The notes below the pieces were generated by a model. That model ran no database searches. It was not told where the DNA came from and saw nothing but the letters and a program-made list of their open reading frames with translations. DNA of 64,000 nt from Paramoeba atlantica (lineage: Eukaryota > Protista > Discosea), in contig CDRNVI010000066.1 in NCBI GenBank assembly GCA_977017575.1, forward strand, positions 124,001 to 188,000, given 5' to 3'. The stretch's first letter is position 1. Each line of letters starts with the position of its first letter. The position numbers and the translations under genes were made by a program. Shown here in pieces: positions 58,702 to 64,000 of the stretch.

Positions 58702-60750
58702 TCATGACTTCTCTTTTTTCTTTTTATCTAACTTCTTAAACAAAGAGCCCAAGGAACTGTTCTTCGTTTTCTCTGGTGGTGCAGGAATGGTAACCTTATC
58801 AACGATTTTCACCTTGCCTAAAGGGTTCTGCACAGCGCAAGTGTTTTTTTCGCTTTGCCTAAGTTCTTTCTTGCGTAGCCTTTCCTTCTCTCTAACTTCC
58901 TCTTCCTCTTGCAAAAGCTCGAGGACGTATTCTTTGTAGTCTTCGAGAGTACCTTTGTACGGAGTACAGTTTTTATCACTCACTAACCAGAGTTTCATAT
59001 CTGTTTCGAGTATGAGTCGCGCGTCATGCGTTACAACTAAAATCCCACCCTTGTAGCGATTGATCGCCTCAACCAGTGCATTGATGCTCTCCATATCAAG
59101 ATGGTTCGTGGGCTCATCGAGCAAAAGAAGATGGGGCCTCTGCGTACTAATGGCGGCCAATGCAACTCGAGCCTTTTGCCCCCCACTTAGCGCATCCAAT
59201 TTTTTATGGTGTGAGACGCCTTCCAGACCAAAACTACCCAGACGTTGCCGGGCTTCATGTTCATGTATGAACCCTAAACTAAACATCAGCTCCACGGCTG
59301 TCTTGTCTAGCGGTAGGCTGTCCACAAAGTGCTGATTATATCGACCAATGGTAACATTCCGGGTGCGTTCTACAAATCCGGAGGTGGGAGCAAGTGTGCC
59401 ATCAATTAAATTGAGAAGCGTCGTCTTGCCTACTCCGTTGGGACCTACAACCGTAATGCGACTGTCACTCCATAATGCCATGCTGACCTCTCGAAACAGG
59501 TCTGGACAGTTGGGGTAGGAGAACGATACCTCCGAGAGGCGAACTAAGCAGTCCGTGTCCCTTCGTGGGGGAGGGTCGGGGAAGGGAAAGTTCACCACGT
59601 AGTCACGACGACGCTCTAGAAGCACTTGATGAACTTCGCGTCCAGTTTTCCGCGCGCGGCTTTCGAATATCGTATTCACCTGCTTCTGACTCAGGTGTTG
59701 CTGCTTTTTCATCGCGCGCACCTCCTTTTTCACTTTCTCGTATTTGTTGTCATATTCACGTCGCTTAGCTTGGAGGGCGCTGACGAAATCGTAGTAGCCT
59801 CCATTATACACTGAGAGCTTACACTCATCAATGTGGGCCATGTGCGTGCACACCGCATCCAGGAACTCCACATCATGGCTTACGACGACCACTGTCTTTG
59901 GGTTTCTCCCGGCGCTGTGATACACCTTGGGTAAATACGTCTGGAGCCACATCACAGCATTCAAATCCAGATGATTAGTCGGCTCATCCAACATTAAAAA
60001 GTCGGGTTCCATAAAAACTGCGCACGCGAGGGAAATACGCTTCCGCCATCCCCCACTAAATTGTCGCGTGGGATACTCCTGCCACTCCGCGGGAAAGCCT
60101 AAACCGTAGAGAATACGTCGCGCCCGGCTCTCGGCGACGTCGGTACCCATTGCGTCCAACTCTTCCTGAAGTTCCAACAACCGCCGATGCTCCTCTTCGG
60201 TGGGATGCTCTTTTTTCTCTAACTCCTCAACCTCGGCAAGGTACAGCGATCTTTTTTTGTCCGATTGCAGAACAACCTCGATGGCGGGGGTATCCAACGC
60301 TTGGATCTCTTGTTCCTGTTCCACGAGAAGAACTTGTAGCTTCGAACCTACGGGAAACCGACGCTGTTCGACTAAACGCAGAAGTGAGGATTTGCCTCGT
60401 CCATTAGGGCCCATAAGTCCATAGCGATTGCCGCTCGTGAAATTTATTTGTGCATCCCGAAAGAGAGTTTTTCCAAGGATGCTGCAGTTCACATGATGGG
60501 CTAAAATGTTTCTTTCGTTTGGGCCAGGAGTTGCGGCTTCAAAAGTCAGAGAATACAGATCAGCGACCTCTGAGTTTGCTGAAATTTTGTAGTCAACTGC
60601 GGAAGCCAGAGCCTCGGCCGCACTTTTACATTCGTTTTCGGAACCCAAAGTAGGTGTTAACTCAACACTCGATTTTTCGCCCCATACCCCATTTTCCTTA
60701 ATCTCCAGATCTTTCACTCTGGACGCCAAGCGACGCTCTCGCCGACTCAT
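58702..60750 (-). CDS. ABC-F family ATPase (ABCF1/ABCF2/ARB1-like)
   Basis: Two NBDs without TMs: GPNGRGKS, FSGGWRKRISLA, LDEPTNHLD; GPNGVGKT, LSGGQKARV, LDEPTNHLD. Confidence 0.95.
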   Translation of the reverse strand: MSRRERRLASRVKDLEIKENGVWGEKSSVELTPTLGSENECKSAAEALASAVDYKISANSEVADLYSLTFEAATPGPNERNILAHHVNCSILGKTLFRDAQINFTSGNRYGLMGPNGRGKSSLLRLVEQRRFPVGSKLQVLLVEQEQEIQALDTPAIEVVLQSDKKRSLYLAEVEELEKKEHPTEEEHRRLLELQEELDAMGTDVAESRARRILYGLGFPAEWQEYPTRQFSGGWRKRISLACAVFMEPDFLMLDEPTNHLDLNAVMWLQTYLPKVYHSAGRNPKTVVVVSHDVEFLDAVCTHMAHIDECKLSVYNGGYYDFVSALQAKRREYDNKYEKVKKEVRAMKKQQHLSQKQVNTIFESRARKTGREVHQVLLERRRDYVVNFPFPDPPPRRDTDCLVRLSEVSFSYPNCPDLFREVSMALWSDSRITVVGPNGVGKTTLLNLIDGTLAPTSGFVERTRNVTIGRYNQHFVDSLPLDKTAVELMFSLGFIHEHEARQRLGSFGLEGVSHHKKLDALSGGQKARVALAAISTQRPHLLLLDEPTNHLDMESINALVEAINRYKGGILVVTHDARLILETDMKLWLVSDKNCTPYKGTLEDYKEYVLELLQEEEEVREKERLRKKELRQSEKNTCAVQNPLGKVKIVDKVTIPAPPEKTKNSSLGSLFKKLDKKKKEKS

Positions 60751-61080
60751 TTCTGTCTCAATCTAGTAGAAAAAAGTAAAGAATAAGAAGGCAACAAATG
60801 AGCATAAGGTAACATTGGACAACAAACGTCTATTAGACTGCCTAGACTCTGGGAAATTCACGACAATGAGCTGCAATGCGACTAGGCATATTTTTTCTAT
60901 TACTGAAACTCTAGGAATAGTGATTCCGGTGTGAGTGTTAATTGGAATACCCAAAGGCGAAGAATGCTTTAGCAGGTAATTGCATTCTGGTATTAAACTG
61001 TTCACAGCTAAAAGATATTTTAATAGGAATTTCTGTAGAATCTTTTTACGTGTAATTGTGTTTGAAATTTTTTTTCCCGT

Positions 61081-61503
61081 TTGAAACGCAATACGTACGC
61101 ATCCTACGATGCAGAACAGCGGAATTTTCAACAACGCGCGGGCTTCCCTACATACGAGTACACTCCATTCTACTATCCGCCATCAAACCCGAACAATACA
61201 GGGGCCCAAGGTTTTCTGAACAGCGAAGAAATGCGTAATTGGTACCCGTATATTAACGCTCCGACGGTATACGGACATGGCGCGCCTGCCCCCACCTGGA
61301 CTTGCCGGCGGAGCGGTTATTACGGACATCCCCAGGAATACTTTTATGCTCTCGCAGGCACAGGATGCGGTTGGTCGCAATATTTTCCAGGACCGTCGTC
61401 CCAAATATTCTTCTCGTGTGACAACAGTGGGTACCCACAGTTACTTATGGCCCGTCATCTTGTTATTACCTCAACAGAGATCCAGGATGCAGTCCTGGGT
61501 ATA
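61081..61503 (+). other. Tyr/Pro/Gly-rich plus-strand ORF interrupted by the Tc1-like element
   Basis: Open frame (TTG at 61081) with biased composition (PFYYPPSNP, WYPYINAP, GYYGHPQEYFY) up to the TA insertion site at 61502-61503. Orientation is opposite to host genes, so coding status is uncertain. Confidence 0.3.
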
Positions 61504-62753
61504 CAGGGGTGGGCGCCTTCAGAGTGGGGGGGTCTAAAATTCGTAAAACTTGACCAATTTTGGAAAGTAATAGCGCATTCGAGAGCTCTCAAATAGTCTG
61601 GTGTAATGGCAACATCCGTTTCCCGTTTTTAGACATTCGAGATAAATGACAGAAAAACAAGGAATTTATTTTTCCCCGAAGATGCAATTTTTCAGTTTTT
61701 TTGGCTTTTTTTAGTTTTTTTGCGCCGTTAATGCCTCAGAAACGTGTACGATCGCGAACATCACGGTTTCCCTTCCAGAGAGGGTTTCAGTGTTCCAGAC
61801 GCACTTTGGCTCGAGCTTTGAAGCCCGATATTATCCTCCGCGTAGTTCAGCGTAAACCACGACTAACCCAGCAGCATAAAGACGTTAGAGTCCGATTCTG
61901 TAAGGACATGTCGGGCTGGAGCGAACACCAGCTTGATAATATTATTTGGTGTGATGAGAAAAAGTTTACCTGCAAGAAGTCTACCAAAAACACCTACCTT
62001 TGCCGACGGTCCGACCCTGTAAAAGAGCAGCTAGGTGAGCTGGAAGCGTGGGTAGGGGGCGATGGTATAATGGTGTGGATGGGGGTAAGCATAAAGCATG
62101 GATTTCATCTGCACATTTTTCCTAATAGAGATGAGCAGGGAAATAGAGTTACTGTGAACGGGGCTGTTTTCGAAGCTGCCATGACCAAGCGTAATGGTCT
62201 TTTGAACCTACACAGGCACCGTGCAGTTGTTGCTATGGACAATTGCCCTGCGCACAACTTGGCAAGGCGTACTTTTCAGCAGCAAAACGTGCGAACGCTC
62301 CCCTGGCCCGCAAAGTCACCGGATCTCAACCCCATCGAAAACTTGTGGAATATCATGGATCAGCACAAGGATCGCATGCGACCACGCAATCGCGCAGATC
62401 TCCTCTCTTCTATCGAGAGTGCATACGAGGCACTTCAAACCGATCTCAAAAGTACTTGCGTGAAGACCATAAAGAGTGTCTCCAAGCGCTTTCAAATCGT
62501 TATTGAGAAAAAAGGGGGAAATTGTGGGTACTGAGATTTTTTTTTGGAAAAAAAGGACTTTTTCGCTTAAAAAATAAAGTTGCAATTCGTGTTTGGGACC
62601 ATTCTAGCTTTCTTTGATTCCCGTAAACTTTCGCAGAGTGCTTTTTACGATTACACCAGACTATTTGAGAGCTCTCGAATGCGCTATTACTTTCCAAAAT
62701 TGAACAAGTTTTACGAATTTTAGACCCCCCCACTCTGAAGGTGCCCACCCATG
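61504..62753 (+). mobile_element. 1250-bp IS630/Tc1/mariner DNA transposon with 104-bp TIRs and TA target duplication
   Basis: TA|CAGGGGTGGGCGCCTTCAGAG... (61504-61607) and the inverted copy at 62650-62753|TA; 4 mismatches in 104 bp. Confidence 0.96.
61731..62534 (+). CDS. Tc1-like DDE transposase (DD32E spacing), N-terminal DNA-binding region shortened
   Basis: ATG at 61731; RKPRLTQQHKDVRVRFC, WCDEKKF, MDNCPAH, WPAKSPDLNPIENLW, C-terminal KGGNCGY. Confidence 0.93.
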   Translation: MPQKRVRSRTSRFPFQRGFQCSRRTLARALKPDIILRVVQRKPRLTQQHKDVRVRFCKDMSGWSEHQLDNIIWCDEKKFTCKKSTKNTYLCRRSDPVKEQLGELEAWVGGDGIMVWMGVSIKHGFHLHIFPNRDEQGNRVTVNGAVFEAAMTKRNGLLNLHRHRAVVAMDNCPAHNLARRTFQQQNVRTLPWPAKSPDLNPIENLWNIMDQHKDRMRPRNRADLLSSIESAYEALQTDLKSTCVKTIKSVSKRFQIVIEKKGGNCGY

Positions 62754-63018
62754 TATGGGCCCTACTATTATTATAAACATTAGGACGTGGATGACCCACT
62801 TCTACGCGGGCAACATATTCTAAAGTATATTTTACTATGTGATAAAGTCAGACAGGGAGAAGAACGTTTGCAGTTAACTAGGCAGCAAGATGATAATCAA
62901 AAAGATTAATTATCATTGAAGCATATGTATATCTTTGTCTCGATAGTTTATGAAATGCTCCACCGCGCGAGTTAAGTTCTAGTACATTTTCGTCATTACA
63001 AAGCCGTAATCGATTCCT

Positions 63019-63999
63019 TCACCCCATACTGACTAGATGCAGTTCCATTCTTTTCAGATAGTAATCCCCACAGCACGTTTGTACGGGTTGTACAGTACGG
63101 GACACGGCGTCACCTCCTCCATCCCCCTGCTGCTCCCCTGCGGACCGGTATCGGCCTTGCGTGATCCGTAGGACAGCGGGACCAACCTGGAAGCTCCCGA
63201 GCGGGACATTTTTCATTTTCCCGACCAGCACGGAGTGAATTGCATTCGCCAAAGGATTGTGACGATGAGTCGTCATCGTAGTAGAAGCCAATGTCGACGA
63301 CGAGCGCACTCGAGAAGACCAATAGGGAGCCTCTCCCGATAAATCATCCATGACCTCCTTGGTCGTTAATTTGTTCAGATCGCTATCGGGTGAACTCCAG
63401 TATTGGATTCCGGCCTGATCAACAAACATGGATAAAGTAGCGTCCACTGGGGTATCAAAATCAATGGGAGTGGTCTCATCTATTTTGGTAAAGCAAAGGT
63501 CAGGAGAGGGATGGGAGGGAATTTCTGTATGTTCGCCGCCTATCTCTGCTTCTGCGTTTGTGGCATCGTAAACGGGTGCGCAGTCACTATTGGATTCATT
63601 TTGATTCGTTTCCCGTCCCTCTTCGCCAAGTTCTTCAACAGGATTCTCGGATGAGGTCAGTGCATCTTGCATTAAGGCTTCCATCGAGACATCGGAGGAC
63701 GCCTTCGTGAAAGAGATTCGAGGGATTTTATTTCTGACTCCCTTTCTTTCGAAATTAGTAGGCCCACCTGTATGAGAACGGATATGATTTTGATTCATCT
63801 TTTGAATGCACCGGCACTCATTCACTACAATGAAGGGCATTACAGGAATAAAATCACTGAAGGTTAGCACGTTTCTTGATGTCTGCGAAGCCTTCGCTGA
63901 CATTGTTGATGTGCTGGGATCAGGTGCTGCAAGTGGAGCGTTTTCTTGGTGTAGTTCGCCTTCAGTGCCACCGTTTGCTTCTTGAGTCTCGCGGTACAT
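63019..63999 (-). CDS. Hypothetical protein (may extend beyond the right edge)
   Basis: 326-codon ORF on the gene strand, acidic and disordered; no motif recognised. Confidence 0.55.
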   Translation of the reverse strand: MYRETQEANGGTEGELHQENAPLAAPDPSTSTMSAKASQTSRNVLTFSDFIPVMPFIVVNECRCIQKMNQNHIRSHTGGPTNFERKGVRNKIPRISFTKASSDVSMEALMQDALTSSENPVEELGEEGRETNQNESNSDCAPVYDATNAEAEIGGEHTEIPSHPSPDLCFTKIDETTPIDFDTPVDATLSMFVDQAGIQYWSSPDSDLNKLTTKEVMDDLSGEAPYWSSRVRSSSTLASTTMTTHRHNPLANAIHSVLVGKMKNVPLGSFQVGPAVLRITQGRYRSAGEQQGDGGGDAVSRTVQPVQTCCGDYYLKRMELHLVSMG

Positions 64000-64000
64000 C

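Noticed and set aside
60763-61134. 123-aa minus-strand ORF upstream of ABCF
   Set aside because: It reads like AT-rich spacer containing the ABCF polypyrimidine/AG acceptor, and has no ATG start or motif.
63040-63330. Alternative frame (FYYDDDSSSQSFGECN...CP) as a distant paralog of the 52012 protein
   Set aside because: Only a few scattered residue matches by eye; cannot be supported without a profile alignment.
1-64000. CRISPR array, rRNA, spliced-leader RNA gene or reassigned stop codons
   Set aside because: No regularly spaced repeat-spacer array, rRNA or SL consensus was seen. Long ORFs are intact in the standard code, and TAA, TAG and TGA all terminate genes.

Overview
Gene-dense, apparently intron-free eukaryotic DNA in the standard genetic code. 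About 27 host genes all lie on the minus strand with short AT-rich spacers. Together with the mitochondrial genes (COX11, m-AAA protease) and a tandem-domain AMP deaminase, this points to a kinetoplastid-type polycistronic unit, perhaps Perkinsela/prokinetoplastid-like; that assignment is inference, not proven. Recognisable genes are UTP10 (partial, missing from the ORF track), SEC13, a DEAH helicase, RecQ, NOL6/UTP22, AMP deaminase, eIF3j-like, BTB-SPRY, COX11, a degenerate SNF2-RING protein, IPI3, AFG3/FtsH, SBDS-like, NOB1, a 39-aa metallothionein-like ORF, a Kv-type K+ channel and ABCF. The spacers hold several TA-flanked Tc1/mariner-type elements: a 1250-bp element with an atypical DD32E transposase, a 756-bp long-TIR MITE and a nested MITE pair. 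The most unusual signal is a set of recurring GC-rich islands roughly 8-18 kb apart (about 3.6, 16.2, 33.8, 45.65, 53.3 and 63.4 kb). In each, the + strand flips from C(+A)-rich to G(+T)-rich, often in mid-gene and at synonymous codon positions. This is the pattern expected of fixed bidirectional replication origins or bidirectional initiation sites.
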